Below, in pieces: positions 9,283-19,249 of a stretch of 64,000 nt of DNA. The position numbers and the translations under genes were made by a program. A model generated the notes under the pieces. The model did no database searches and had not been told where the DNA came from. It saw only the letters and a program-made list of their open reading frames with translations. Numbering within the stretch: the first letter of the stretch is position 1; each line of letters opens with the position of its first letter. Source of the DNA: Minisyncoccota bacterium (GTDB lineage Bacteria > Patescibacteriota > Minisyncoccia > Phycocordibacterales > UBA1550). The stretch lies in contig JALNYL010000003.1 of assembly GCA_023229865.1 (NCBI GenBank), forward strand, positions 22,109-86,108, written 5' to 3'.

Positions 9283-10704
9283 TTAAAATTCATCAAAATT
9301 ACCCCCCGCCTGACGTGAAGCTCCGCCGTAATCAGCGTGTTTATCAATAGACATAAAGGTCGACTTCTCTTCGTCGAAATAGAGCTCCACCATACCCACG
9401 GGACCATTGCGATGCTTCTCGATGATGATCTCGGCGATATTGGTCTTCTCAAGATTTTTATCCATCTTGTCTTCACGGTGAATAAACATAACCACGTCCG
9501 CATCCTGTTCAATAGAACCCGAGTCACGGAGGTCGGAGAGTTTTGGCTTGCCACCACGAGATTCGAGCGCACGAGAAAGCTGCGAGAGGGCGATCACCGG
9601 CACATCGAGATCCTTCGCAAGCCCCTTAAGAGAGTGCGAAATTTCTGTCACCTGGTTCACCATCGAGTCATAGTGCTTCGACGTATTCATAAGCTGGAGG
9701 TAGTCGACAATGATGAGCCCGAGTCCGTGCTCACTCTTGAGTTTACGCGCAGCTGAACGCATCTTCATAATGGTGTTACCAGACTGGTCATCGATGAAAA
9801 TAGGCGCTTTTGAAAGTCGGTCGAGTGAACCACGAAGTTTGTCGAAGTCTTCATCGAGCGAGAGCTTCCCCGTGCGGAGCTTCCATGCGTTCACACGAGC
9901 CTCAGCAGAAAGCATACGGTCCACGAGCTGCTGTGTGTTCATTTCGAGAGAGAAAATACCAACGGGGATATTGTGCATTGTCGCAGCCTGGCGCGCGATA
10001 TCAAGTGCGAGCGTCGTCTTACCCATCGAAGGACGCGCCGCGAGAATGATGAGGTCAGACTTCTGAAAACCAGAGAGGAGGTTGTCGAGGGCTGCGAAAC
10101 CAGAGGGGACACCGCGAAGCTCGGCGCCATCTTTGTGCATCTTGTCGAGACGCTCCCATGCTTCCTCGAGCGTATCTTTGAGGCTCACAAACTTTTTAGA
10201 AACACTTGAGTTGGTTACCGAATAAATTTTCTTCTCTGCTTCGTCGAGCACGCCTTCAATTTCTTGGGCTTCGTCATAGCCGAGCTCTGATATGTGCGCA
10301 GCTGCATCGATAAGTGCACGCAAAATATATTTACGCTGAATAATCTCCGCGTAGTGTTTTGCATTTGTCGAAGAGGGGACAGAGTCGACAAGCTCCGCGA
10401 GATAACTGCCTCCCCCGACGTTGTCAAACTTGCCACGCTCTTTGAGGCGCGTAGACACTGAGAGAAGATCGATGGGCTCATGACGTGTGTGGAGCTCGAG
10501 CATCGCATCAAAAAGCATGCGATGCTTATCCACATAAAAAGTCTCGCGTGTCACCATATCCGCGATGTCATACATCCCGTCAGGGCGAAGCATGAGGGAG
10601 CCGAGAAGTGCTTTTTCTGAATCGATATTTTGTGGAGGGATGCGGAGCTCGCGTGATTTGAATTGTCGCTCGGGAGTGTTTGATTTGCTGGTCATACGGG
10701 TCAT
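9283..10704 (-). CDS. dnaB: replicative DNA helicase DnaB (start chosen at MTRMTSK; ORF extends to 10800)
   Basis: N-terminal domain (LRIPPQNIDSEKALLG), Walker A ARPSMGKT, Walker B IIVDYLQLM, Arg finger region; 2 nt from recR. Confidence 0.93.
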   Translation of the reverse strand: MTRMTSKSNTPERQFKSRELRIPPQNIDSEKALLGSLMLRPDGMYDIADMVTRETFYVDKHRMLFDAMLELHTRHEPIDLLSVSTRLKERGKFDNVGGGSYLAELVDSVPSSTNAKHYAEIIQRKYILRALIDAAAHISELGYDEAQEIEGVLDEAEKKIYSVTNSSVSKKFVSLKDTLEEAWERLDKMHKDGAELRGVPSGFAALDNLLSGFQKSDLIILAARPSMGKTTLALDIARQAATMHNIPVGIFSLEMNTQQLVDRMLSAEARVNAWKLRTGKLSLDEDFDKLRGSLDRLSKAPIFIDDQSGNTIMKMRSAARKLKSEHGLGLIIVDYLQLMNTSKHYDSMVNQVTEISHSLKGLAKDLDVPVIALSQLSRALESRGGKPKLSDLRDSGSIEQDADVVMFIHREDKMDKNLEKTNIAEIIIEKHRNGPVGMVELYFDEEKSTFMSIDKHADYGGASRQAGGNFDEF

Positions 10705-10897
10705 TCTAACATGTGTGCAAGACAGACGGAACTTGACGCTGTGGGCAGAACAGTGGAAAAACAGTGGAAACAAAATTAGACCACAAAAAATATTTTCCAA
10801 AAAACAAAGTACTTGAAATTATTGACTTTTTATACGATTTGAGAGAGTATGAGCGTAGCGATTTCTGGTCTTTAACTCACATACGGAGGATATTAAA

Positions 10898-11239
10898 ATG
10901 GCACAAGACGGAGCTATGCCCCAAAGTACGGGGCTCATGATTCATCCCGCAGAGGCGCGCCTTGCAATCTTACACAAGGCTGCACAGCAAGAAAAGGGTA
11001 CGGTGAAGCACGGGAGGAAAATCCTTCTCCACAGAGAACCCCCGCACAACCTCAGGGACGTCGTCGAGAGACAAACCCCCTTGGTGTCGTTTCGAGATAT
11101 CGGGATGAACAGCATTCACGAGCTCGTTCACACTTTCAAACAGCTCGATGAAGCAGTAGGAAGGGGCGACAACGACAGTATCAAGAGAAATCTTGCACGC
11201 CTCCTCAATATCAACGAAGCTCACATCGATCTCACCTGA
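10898..11239 (+). CDS. hypothetical protein (113 aa)
   Basis: GGAGG RBS 7 nt upstream; locally higher GC than neighbours; no recognisable domain. Confidence 0.5.
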   Translation: MAQDGAMPQSTGLMIHPAEARLAILHKAAQQEKGTVKHGRKILLHREPPHNLRDVVERQTPLVSFRDIGMNSIHELVHTFKQLDEAVGRGDNDSIKRNLARLLNINEAHIDLT

Positions 11240-11271
11240 GACCATTGCGAGCAGTCAAAGAAAGGGACGAA

Positions 11272-11556
11272 ATGACGAACAGGAAAATCCTAATATGCGT
11301 CATCGGGAGTTTGGGGATAGAATATCTCCTTTCGAGAAGGGACTTGGGAGCACCCACCATACTGCTCCGAGACTACGGGGCGCTCAGTCTCCCTGAACTG
11401 AAACTCGATTTTCTGAAACCAGAGCAAACTCCTCGGCAGCAACTGCCAAAACTTCGCCAAGCACACACAAAGCGTGTACAAGACAAGTTCAGGCGTCAGA
11501 GCCTCAACCCAAGAAAAGTGAGACACCCTCGCGGGAATTTCAAAGCCCGCTATTAA
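11272..11556 (+). CDS. hypothetical basic protein (94 aa from ATG; ORF track starts at TTG 11245)
   Basis: AAAGGGA RBS before ATG 11272; Arg/Lys-rich C-terminus; follows previous ORF by <35 nt. Confidence 0.42.
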   Translation: MTNRKILICVIGSLGIEYLLSRRDLGAPTILLRDYGALSLPELKLDFLKPEQTPRQQLPKLRQAHTKRVQDKFRRQSLNPRKVRHPRGNFKARY

Positions 11557-11562
11557 CAAAAT

Positions 11563-11590
11563 GCCGCACAACTGTGCGGCATTTTTTTTT
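11563..11590. terminator. bidirectional terminator between + strand small ORFs and cysS
   Basis: stem gccgcac/gtgcggc, loop aact, followed by T9; A-run upstream. Confidence 0.6.
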
Positions 11591-12920
11591 ACTTCTTTCG
11601 AATCTCCTGTCCGTTATTTGTGTCGAGGATATCCCAACCAAGAGCATTAATTTCATCGCGAAGACGATCGGATTCGGAAAAGTTTTTAGACGCGCGGGCT
11701 TCCGTGCGCGCAAGAGCGAGTGCTTGAATATTTTCAGGGATGATTTCCGTTTGTTTCGGTGCGAGCCCGAGCCCAAACACTTTATCAAAATGAAGGAGAG
11801 TTGCGGTTTTGTCGGCAGGGGAAACACTGTCGTCCTTTACCAACTCCCAGGCAAGCGCGAGCGCACGCGAGGTATCGAGATCGTTGCTCACTATTTCCAC
11901 AAAACGTTTCTGATAATCAGCGTTTGCAACACCAATTATTTCTCCAACATGACTTTCGAGACGCCCGAGCGCCGTCTGCGCGCCTTCAAGTGCCTCCCAT
12001 GTAAAATTGAGCTTCGAACGATAATGCGATCCAAGTACGAAGTATCGAAAGGCGAGAGGAGAGAACCCGCGCTCGGTTACCGTCTTGAGCGTCGTGTGAT
12101 TACCGAGTGACTTCGACATCTTTTGCCCATCCACCATCACAAATTCTGCATGCACCCACATATTTGCAAACGGCTTACCGCTGTATGCCTCTGACTGTGC
12201 AATCTCATTAGTATGATGAGGGAAGACGAGGTCCACACCACCGGTATGAATATCGATAGTCTCTCCGAGTGTATCGCGGGACATTTCTGAGCACTCGATA
12301 TGCCACCCCGGGCGACCACGACCAAACGAGGCCTCATACGCGACGCCGTTATCTTCTGGTGATTCAAATTTCCACAGCGCAAAATCGCGAGGGTTCTTTT
12401 TATCAAGCGCACCTTCGACGCGCGACTCAGTCTCCGCGTTCAAATCAAGATGTGCGAGTGCGCCGTAATTTTTTGATTTCGCTACTTCAAAATAAACTCC
12501 ATCGGATGCGATGTATGCAAACCCTTCGCGCAAAAGCTTTTCTGTCATCGCGATCATGCCGCCGATGTGCTCCGTAGCGTGTGGCATCTTTTTAGGAGCG
12601 AGGATGTTGAGGGTCTTGAGGTCAGCGAGCAAAAAGTTTTCATACTTCTGCGACAATGCACCGATGGTCGTGCTTTCTTTATTTGCGCGCATAATCATCT
12701 TGTCATCAATGTCCGTGATATTCATCACATGTTCAACGTTGTAGCCTGTGTATTCGAGCGTACGGCGAAGAATGTCGTTCACAATAAACGTACGTAAGTT
12801 ACCAATGTGCGCGTAGTCATACACTGTGGGTCCGCACGAGTACATTCGCACTTCATTATCATGAAGTGGCTTGAGCTCTTCGAGAGAGCGAGAGAGGGTA
12901 TTGAAAAGTTTTACAACCAT
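11589..12920 (-). CDS. cysS: cysteine--tRNA ligase
   Basis: class I HIGN and KMSKS motifs, CysRS zinc-binding Cys; 443 aa. Confidence 0.95.
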   Translation of the reverse strand: MVVKLFNTLSRSLEELKPLHDNEVRMYSCGPTVYDYAHIGNLRTFIVNDILRRTLEYTGYNVEHVMNITDIDDKMIMRANKESTTIGALSQKYENFLLADLKTLNILAPKKMPHATEHIGGMIAMTEKLLREGFAYIASDGVYFEVAKSKNYGALAHLDLNAETESRVEGALDKKNPRDFALWKFESPEDNGVAYEASFGRGRPGWHIECSEMSRDTLGETIDIHTGGVDLVFPHHTNEIAQSEAYSGKPFANMWVHAEFVMVDGQKMSKSLGNHTTLKTVTERGFSPLAFRYFVLGSHYRSKLNFTWEALEGAQTALGRLESHVGEIIGVANADYQKRFVEIVSNDLDTSRALALAWELVKDDSVSPADKTATLLHFDKVFGLGLAPKQTEIIPENIQALALARTEARASKNFSESDRLRDEINALGWDILDTNNGQEIRKK

Positions 12921-13834
12921 TTGCGGAACTTAAAGAAGCCGACGAGAAATACACCAGCGATTGCCATCCCGCTGAGGATTATCCAGAAATCATTTGATAA
13001 ACCAATGATAGGCATCTCGCGGGTATTCATCCCAAAGATAGAAGCAACAAAGGAAAGTGGGAGCATGGTGAATGACATCACCGTGAGCAATTTCATGATG
13101 TCGTTGGTCTTGGTCGTAAGGAGGGAGTCGTTGGTGTCGCGAAGGTCGAGGATTGTTTCGCGGTGACCATCGAGAATCGAGGAGAGTTTATAAAACTCGC
13201 CAACAATCGTGCGCAAGTAGTAAGAAAATTCCTGCCCAAAAAACTTAGTACCGGCGATTTCAAATGACTCAAGCACCTCCTTGTGAGGACGGAGGATTTG
13301 CTTGAAGTTGAGGAGGTCACGATTGATATGCGAAATAGCATTCACCATATCGCGCTCCTTGCCACTAAAAATCTTCGCCTGGATATCATTGAAGTCGTTG
13401 TTGATATGATCAAGCTCGCCATCGAGAACCTTGTAAAGATTTTTAAGAATATAGAAAAGAATGAAACCAGCGTGGTCGCCAATGTTGGACTTGTCGAGAA
13501 TCGAGTTTACCTCAAAAACTTTTGAGAACTCATGAAGCTGGTCGATGTGACCGTAGTGTGTGGTAATGATAAATTTCTTACCAATGATAAAGTCGATTTC
13601 TTGATCCTCTCCGCCATCATGCTTGTGCGTAATGCTTGGGAAGTGAAGAATGAGATAAATAAAATCAGAATAAAGATCAACCTTAGGGCGGAGGGTTGGT
13701 CCCAAAAGCTCGTCCGCGACGAGCGGGTGAATACTAAATTCTTCCATTAAAGAACGTACTTCTTCTTGTGTAGGCGCCTGCACATCAACCCAAACCAAAT
13801 CCTTGTAATTATATCGCGAAATCATTAGAAACAT
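12911..13834 (-). CDS. corA: magnesium/cobalt transporter CorA
   Basis: C-terminal two TM helices with GMN motif (IFGMNTREMP). Confidence 0.9.
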   Translation of the reverse strand: MFLMISRYNYKDLVWVDVQAPTQEEVRSLMEEFSIHPLVADELLGPTLRPKVDLYSDFIYLILHFPSITHKHDGGEDQEIDFIIGKKFIITTHYGHIDQLHEFSKVFEVNSILDKSNIGDHAGFILFYILKNLYKVLDGELDHINNDFNDIQAKIFSGKERDMVNAISHINRDLLNFKQILRPHKEVLESFEIAGTKFFGQEFSYYLRTIVGEFYKLSSILDGHRETILDLRDTNDSLLTTKTNDIMKLLTVMSFTMLPLSFVASIFGMNTREMPIIGLSNDFWIILSGMAIAGVFLVGFFKFRKWL

Positions 13835-13916
13835 TGTACCATTTCAATATTCTATATTCAACATTCCATATTCGGCCACATTGACCAGACTACAAACTTT
13901 TGAGATACTACGTTAA

Positions 13917-15146
13917 ATGAAGCAGGTTATAAATAAATCATATCTCATTACCATCTCAGTCCTCGCGCTTGTAACAGCGTTTACCCTTGGGATACAAGTA
14001 GGAGAGAATAAGACGGCGGACACAAACACCCTCGCGGCGGCCAACACTGAAGCCGAAGCAAGGAGTTTGGATCTCGCGCCACTTTGGAAAACTCTTGAGG
14101 TTCTTGATGCGCGCTTCGTGCCAACGACCGCGTCATCGAGCGTACCAACCAGCCAAGAAAAAGTTTACGGCGCCATCGCAGGACTTACTTCTGCTTACGG
14201 TGACCCCTATACCGTATTTTTCCCACCAGAAGAAGCAGACGCTTTCGAAGAAGAGGTACGGGGGAGCTTTGAGGGTGTTGGGATGGAAATTGCGATAAAG
14301 GACAATGTCCTCACGGTCGTCGCACCTCTCAAAAACACTCCCGCCGAGCGCGCAGGAATGAAGCCCGGCGACCAAATCATAAAAATCGACAAGACGTTTA
14401 CAAGTGGGATGACTGTTGAGAATGCGATTAAAATAATTCGTGGACCACGCGGCACGACGGTTACCCTTGTCGTAAAAAGAAATGGTGGAGTAGAAGACAT
14501 TAAAGTCGTGCGTGATGTTATCAATATCCCCACTATTGATACCAAGCTTCGCGATGACGGTGTTTTTGTAATTTCTCTTTACAACTTCTCCGCAAATTCA
14601 GCGAATCTTTTCCGCGGTGCACTCCGCGAATTCATTCAGTCTGGATCTGACAAGCTCGTTCTCGACCTCCGCAGCAACCCGGGGGGATACCTTGAGGCGG
14701 CAGTTGATATGGCAAGCTTCTTCCTTCCAATGGGAAAGACCGTGGTTATCGAAGACAGCGGCGCAAACACAAAACAAAAGCCAACCCGCAGCAAAGGCTA
14801 TGATGTCTTTACTGAAAATCTCAAAATGGTTGTTCTCCTTGATGGAGGTTCGGCGTCAGCGTCAGAGATTCTCGCGGGTGCCCTTCATGAACACGGTGTC
14901 GCAAAACTCGTCGGAGAAAAAAGTTTTGGCAAAGGTTCCGTACAAGAGCTCATAGAGATCACTCCTGGCACCGCACTCAAAGTCACTATCGCTAAGTGGC
15001 TTACGCCAAAAGGAAAATCAATCTCAGAAAACGGCCTCGAGCCCGATGTGAAAGTTACTATCAGCAAAAAAGACGCTGAGAAAAAAATCGACACTCAAAT
15101 GGAAAAAGCAGTAGAGATTTTAAAAGACCCCGAATTTAAACGATAA
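13917..15146 (+). CDS. carboxyl-terminal processing protease (S41) with PDZ domain
   Basis: signal/TM anchor, PDZ (GMKPGDQIIKID), S41 catalytic region (GGSASASEILAGAL...FGKGSVQ). Confidence 0.9.
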   Translation: MKQVINKSYLITISVLALVTAFTLGIQVGENKTADTNTLAAANTEAEARSLDLAPLWKTLEVLDARFVPTTASSSVPTSQEKVYGAIAGLTSAYGDPYTVFFPPEEADAFEEEVRGSFEGVGMEIAIKDNVLTVVAPLKNTPAERAGMKPGDQIIKIDKTFTSGMTVENAIKIIRGPRGTTVTLVVKRNGGVEDIKVVRDVINIPTIDTKLRDDGVFVISLYNFSANSANLFRGALREFIQSGSDKLVLDLRSNPGGYLEAAVDMASFFLPMGKTVVIEDSGANTKQKPTRSKGYDVFTENLKMVVLLDGGSASASEILAGALHEHGVAKLVGEKSFGKGSVQELIEITPGTALKVTIAKWLTPKGKSISENGLEPDVKVTISKKDAEKKIDTQMEKAVEILKDPEFKR

Positions 15147-15150
15147 TCCC

Positions 15151-15594
15151 ATGAAAATAATATTCCTTAGAGACATCCCAAAAGTTGGTAAAAAATACGA
15201 AACAAAAGAAGTCGCCGACGGATATGGCCGACACCTTGTCTCGCAAAAACTCGCAGAGCCCGCAACCAAAGAGGTTGTTGCACGTATTCAAAACAAAATG
15301 GCAACCGATGCCACGATGAAAAAAGTTCACGCAGAACTTCTTATGAAAAATCTCGACGCAATCTCGGGGACAGGAATCACTATCCATGGCAAGGCAAACG
15401 AAAAGGGACATCTCTTTGCAAGTATCCACAAAGAAGAAGTGCTCACGGAGCTCAAGCGCGCCGCGGGAATCGACATGAACCCGGACTATGTGATCCTCGA
15501 GCGCCCTCTCAAAGAAACTGGTACATACGAAATCCCCGTGATGATTGAAAAGAACAGAGTGACATTTAAGGTGGTGGTGGAGGCACTAAAATAA
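15151..15594 (+). CDS. rplI: 50S ribosomal protein L9
   Basis: MKIIFLRDIPKVGKKYETKEVADGYGRHLV canonical L9 N-domain. Confidence 0.93.
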   Translation: MKIIFLRDIPKVGKKYETKEVADGYGRHLVSQKLAEPATKEVVARIQNKMATDATMKKVHAELLMKNLDAISGTGITIHGKANEKGHLFASIHKEEVLTELKRAAGIDMNPDYVILERPLKETGTYEIPVMIEKNRVTFKVVVEALK

Positions 15595-15609
15595 GGAAAA
15601 ATAAAAAAA

Positions 15610-15636
15610 CCGCGTCTCATCGACGCGGTTTTGTTT
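15610..15636. terminator. rho-independent terminator after rplI
   Basis: stem ccgcgtc/gacgcgg, loop tcatc, T-run. Confidence 0.65.
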
Positions 15637-15642
15637 TTGTGG

Positions 15643-15978
15643 CTACATGAACATCTCCCAATTTGATGAGGCGTACGGGCGCATCATTACATATGCCTTA
15701 TACAGGAGTGCGTGATAACAGTCAGATGTTGCGCGACCGCTAGTAATCAAACGGAGTGCAACCCAGCAAAAATTGTTGCGTGTCTTGCGATGCCCACGAT
15801 GTGCCTTCTTGCATTTGCGATACGCAGGCTGTTTTCTGTAAATTTCCCCAAAAAAGTTCCTCGCAAAATGCAGACGAAAATTATTGTGAACTTTCAAGAA
15901 TTTTTCAAAACTGAGAACGTAGTTTCCCTCCGACATTCGCTTCGCATCATCACCAAGGAACTGAGTTTCATTTTTCAT
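15643..15978 (-). CDS. hypothetical basic protein (111 aa), weak call
   Basis: GGAAGGGG 6 nt upstream of ATG; competing + strand ORF lacks RBS; no domain. Confidence 0.3.
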   Translation of the reverse strand: MKNETQFLGDDAKRMSEGNYVLSFEKFLKVHNNFRLHFARNFFGEIYRKQPAYRKCKKAHRGHRKTRNNFCWVALRLITSGRATSDCYHALLYKAYVMMRPYASSNWEMFM

Positions 15979-16056
15979 GACGTACCCCTTCCGTAATTAT
16001 CCTGAAAAAATTATACCAGTTTTGCTTAAAAAGTCAACCAGACATACTCATAAGAA

Positions 16057-16078
16057 AACCGCCTTTACGGGCGGTTTT
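16057..16078 (-). terminator. rho-independent terminator downstream of rpmA
   Basis: stem aaccgcc/ggcggtt, 6-nt loop, T-run on + strand and A-run/T-run symmetric. Confidence 0.6.
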
Positions 16079-16092
16079 CTTATTCCTACTTA

Positions 16093-16380
16093 TTACTTAG
16101 CTGCAGACTCCTTTACGCTTGCTACCTTACGGCGAGTAGTTGTGCCGTCAAAGTTTTGCTTGCGCTTCTCGCTAAACTCCACGATACCATCCTTGAGAGA
16201 ATAGAGTGTGTGATCCTTACCGATAGCAACATTGGCTCCGGCGAGAATCTTTGTTCCGCGCTGACGCACGATGATTGAACCAGCCTTTGCAACCTCGCCA
16301 GCATAAAGCTTGGTACCAAGGTATTGTGGTCCTGAATCGGTTAGGTTTTTGGCGGATCCGCCGGCTTTTGTATGTGCCAT
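16093..16380 (-). CDS. rpmA: 50S ribosomal protein L27
   Basis: [12 protein letters not shown]...[18 protein letters not shown] canonical L27. Confidence 0.92.
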   Translation of the reverse strand: MAHTKAGGSAKNLTDSGPQYLGTKLYAGEVAKAGSIIVRQRGTKILAGANVAIGKDHTLYSLKDGIVEFSEKRKQNFDGTTTRRKVASVKESAAK

Positions 16381-16423
16381 GGTTTAAATTTGGTAAATGT
16401 CTATAAAACGCCTATAATCTAAT

Positions 16424-16858
16424 GTGATGAGCAGTATACAGAGATTAGCAGAAAAAATCAAGGGCTTTAAGCATTTTGAAGCCCAAAATCTCAAGATTAT
16501 CCCTGACGACCTATTTTTAGGGCTTATTATCGTCCTCGTCGCTTTTGGCTCTTTTGGGCTCGGTCGTCTCTCAAAAATCGAAGGGTCCAGGGCTCCTGTT
16601 CGCTTTGAGAACGTCCCAGAAATAACCGCTGAGACTTTTCCGCAAGCAAAAGGGTCCGCCGCGCAAAACCAAGCATCCGTCATCGGGGCTACGGCAGATA
16701 AGGAAGACCTCGTGGCTTCAAAAAATGGCACCAAATATTATTATCCTTGGTGTAGTGGTGTAAAAAATATTTCTCCTGCAAACCTCACCCACTTCGCTTC
16801 AAAATCCGAAGCCGAGGCGAGAGGGTACACTGCATCGGCAACATGTAAGGGGCTCTAA
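16424..16858 (+). CDS. membrane-anchored protein with C-terminal conserved Cys motif (YYYPWC...GY..C)
   Basis: N-terminal TM helix, C-terminal KYYYPWCSGVKNISPANLTHFASKSEAEARGYTASATC resembling a widespread small metal-binding C-terminal module. Confidence 0.55.
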   Translation: MMSSIQRLAEKIKGFKHFEAQNLKIIPDDLFLGLIIVLVAFGSFGLGRLSKIEGSRAPVRFENVPEITAETFPQAKGSAAQNQASVIGATADKEDLVASKNGTKYYYPWCSGVKNISPANLTHFASKSEAEARGYTASATCKGL

Positions 16859-16879
16859 TGGCTGTGCTATACTAAAAAA

Positions 16880-17899
16880 ATGAGTACGATTGAAACCCTC
16901 CACACGCACACCACACTCTCTGATGGAAAACTTTCACACAAAGAAATGTTTGACCTTGCCGAGTCACTCGGTGTTTCAGTGATTGCGTTTACTGACCACG
17001 ACACCGTGCCGACGTCTGCGATTCTCGATGAGCTCGAGACATTTCGCGCGCGCAAAACAAAATGGATCATCGGTTCTGAAATCACTTCATCTCTCCCTAA
17101 AGAACTCGCGCCAAGAGAAGCGACCGTGCACGTCATCGGACTTTTCCTCGACCCCACAAACAAAGACCTTCTCGACCATTGTCATCGCGCACAAAAAGCA
17201 CGCATCAAGAGAATGGATCAAATGGTGTCCAAGCTTCAAAAGTTGGGATTCAAAATTACTGCAGATGATTGCCTCGAGATGTCGGGAGGTGAATCCGTTG
17301 GTCGCCCACACATTATAATGGCGCTCAATAAATATCCCGAGAACAATCTCGTGACAGAAAGGATCCGCCTCGAGATGGCAAATGAAGCTTCGCGTAATCC
17401 AGAAATCCAAGAGAGGTACGCGCACATGATGCAAATAGGGGAACGTCAGTACCCATATGCTCTTTTCCTTTCTCCTGAAGCATACCGCGACGGATACGCT
17501 GAGCACGAATACATGCCCGACCTCGACGAAGCAGCGCGACTCATTCGCGGAGCGGGTGGCGTGGCAATCCTTGCGCACTATTTTACGATTCGAAACAAAA
17601 TGTCCCTCGACGAACTCGAGCATCTCCTCGCAGAAAAAAGAATTGATGGTATCGAAATCGTGTACGGTATGCGCGAATACGGCACTGATGGCGAAAAAAC
17701 AATCATTCGCGAACGAGAAGCGCTCAGAGAAATGGCAAAGCGTCACAACGCAATCATCGCGGGCGGCTCCGACGCACACAGTCGCGAAGATCTTGAGTAC
17801 TACATTACGAACGATTGGTTCTCAGGAGAGACAGCTGGCTTCACTGCAAACATTCTCGCGACAGGACGCGTAGATAAGAAGTTCTCGTCGCTCGAGTAA
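16880..17899 (+). CDS. PHP-domain metal-dependent phosphoesterase
   Basis: LHTHTTLSDG HxH motif, additional His/Asp metal ligands (FTDHD, GGSDAHS). Confidence 0.85.
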   Translation: MSTIETLHTHTTLSDGKLSHKEMFDLAESLGVSVIAFTDHDTVPTSAILDELETFRARKTKWIIGSEITSSLPKELAPREATVHVIGLFLDPTNKDLLDHCHRAQKARIKRMDQMVSKLQKLGFKITADDCLEMSGGESVGRPHIIMALNKYPENNLVTERIRLEMANEASRNPEIQERYAHMMQIGERQYPYALFLSPEAYRDGYAEHEYMPDLDEAARLIRGAGGVAILAHYFTIRNKMSLDELEHLLAEKRIDGIEIVYGMREYGTDGEKTIIREREALREMAKRHNAIIAGGSDAHSREDLEYYITNDWFSGETAGFTANILATGRVDKKFSSLE

Positions 17900-17921
17900 A
17901 GTGTGATACAATTAGGGCACT

Positions 17922-18509
17922 ATGATCGTCGCAGACATTGAAGCATCGGGACTCGATTACAACAAGCACTCGATTTTAAGCATTGGCGCAGTAGATTTTG
18001 AAAATCCGGAGCGTCAGTTTTATGGCGAGTGTCGTATTTGGGACGGGGCAAGTATTATGACCGACGCGCTCAAGGTCAATGGTTTCTCAAAAGAGAATTG
18101 TTTGGACCCAAGGAAACAAACTCTTGAGGAACTTATGAATAATTTTTTGAGGTGGATAGAGGAGAGTGAAGACAAGACACTCGCAGGGCAAAATCCATCA
18201 TTCGATCGTGATTTTCTCAACAACTCTTTCGCGCGCGCAAAAATCGGTTGGCACTTTTCATACCGCACGCTCGATCTCAACTCGATGGCATATATGGACA
18301 TGATCAAGCGCGGGCTCCCGATCCAGCACAAGAACGATCGCGCCGATCTCAGCCTCGACACGATTTTAAAATACGTCGGTTTACCAGAAGAGCCCAAGCC
18401 ACATCACGGGCTCACGGGCGCAAAGATGGAAGCTGAGGCATTTTCTCGAATCCTTTATGGTAAAAACTTATTGCCCGAATTTGCAGAATATCCAATTATT
18501 CATTCCTGA
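17922..18509 (+). CDS. DnaQ-like (DEDD) 3'-5' exonuclease domain protein with atypical motif III
   Basis: Exo I DIEASGLD, Exo II NPSFDRDFL, Exo III region HHGLTGAKMEAEAF lacks the usual Asp. Confidence 0.75.
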   Translation: MIVADIEASGLDYNKHSILSIGAVDFENPERQFYGECRIWDGASIMTDALKVNGFSKENCLDPRKQTLEELMNNFLRWIEESEDKTLAGQNPSFDRDFLNNSFARAKIGWHFSYRTLDLNSMAYMDMIKRGLPIQHKNDRADLSLDTILKYVGLPEEPKPHHGLTGAKMEAEAFSRILYGKNLLPEFAEYPIIHS

Positions 18510-18594
18510 TTCAATTTGACGGCAATAACCCTCAATGCTAGGCTTCAAGGAGGTTCAGAACATTCTAATTAATTATAAAAGAGGGAGGTGCGTC

Positions 18595-19212
18595 ATGTTC
18601 AAGAAACTCAAACTTATGAAGAAGTTGTTTCCCGCAAATAATCCGGCAAAAATACGGAGCTACGGGAAGATGGACACGAAGTTTCTCAAGTCGTTCCTCG
18701 CGCAACTACAAAATTCATTTTCGCAAGAGAGAGAACCTGATGGCCTCATTCTTCTGATTGACTCACAAGGGGGCGAAAAGATCATTCTCGACAATGTTTT
18801 GTGTCAGATCGAACGTCTAGGACTTCCTTGCATGGGGGTTGTGGAAAACCAAGCCTTTTCATGCGGGGCAGAACTTCTTCTTGCCTGCCAATATCGTATC
18901 GCAAACCTTCACGCAAACTTCGTCTTTCATCATGGGCAATATTTGATGCAGGGGCAAGATTTTCTCGATTACGAAACCCTTGAGTATATTGTCAGGAGTG
19001 AAGTAACGAGACAAAATGCGATGATGAAACGCTTTGCAAGGATAACGGGGCAGGGGATAAAGACTGCACGTGCAGTTTATCGCTCTAATATCGCCATCCC
19101 CGCAGAACGCGCCCTCGAGCTCGGTGTTATCCACGAAATAACAGAAGGAAGCTTATCTGTCGACGATGACAAATTCGAGCCCGTGTTCATCTCTCAACCC
19201 CCCGCCAAGTAA
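18595..19212 (+). CDS. ClpP-like (S14 fold) peptidase homolog (start at RBS-supported ATG 18595)
   Basis: aligns with ClpP core: Ser (NQAFSCG) and His (VFHHG) retained, Asp position appears substituted; GGGAGGTG RBS. Confidence 0.65.
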   Translation: MFKKLKLMKKLFPANNPAKIRSYGKMDTKFLKSFLAQLQNSFSQEREPDGLILLIDSQGGEKIILDNVLCQIERLGLPCMGVVENQAFSCGAELLLACQYRIANLHANFVFHHGQYLMQGQDFLDYETLEYIVRSEVTRQNAMMKRFARITGQGIKTARAVYRSNIAIPAERALELGVIHEITEGSLSVDDDKFEPVFISQPPAK

Positions 19213-19230
19213 GGCGGGGGGTTTTCTTTT
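19198..19230 (+). terminator. rho-independent terminator overlapping stop of ClpP-like gene
   Basis: 10-bp stem accccccgcc/ggcggggggt, loop aagtaa, T-run. Confidence 0.65.
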
Positions 19231-19249
19231 GTGCTAAGATAAAAGAACT

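Noticed and set aside
9337-10066. Several 80-140-aa + strand ORFs
   Set aside because: Antisense within dnaB.
12911-12920. 10-nt overlap of corA start with cysS end interpreted as possible mis-called start
   Set aside because: Short same-strand overlaps are common; both proteins are complete at these boundaries.
17087-17779. 230-aa minus-strand ORF
   Set aside because: Antisense within the PHP phosphoesterase gene.
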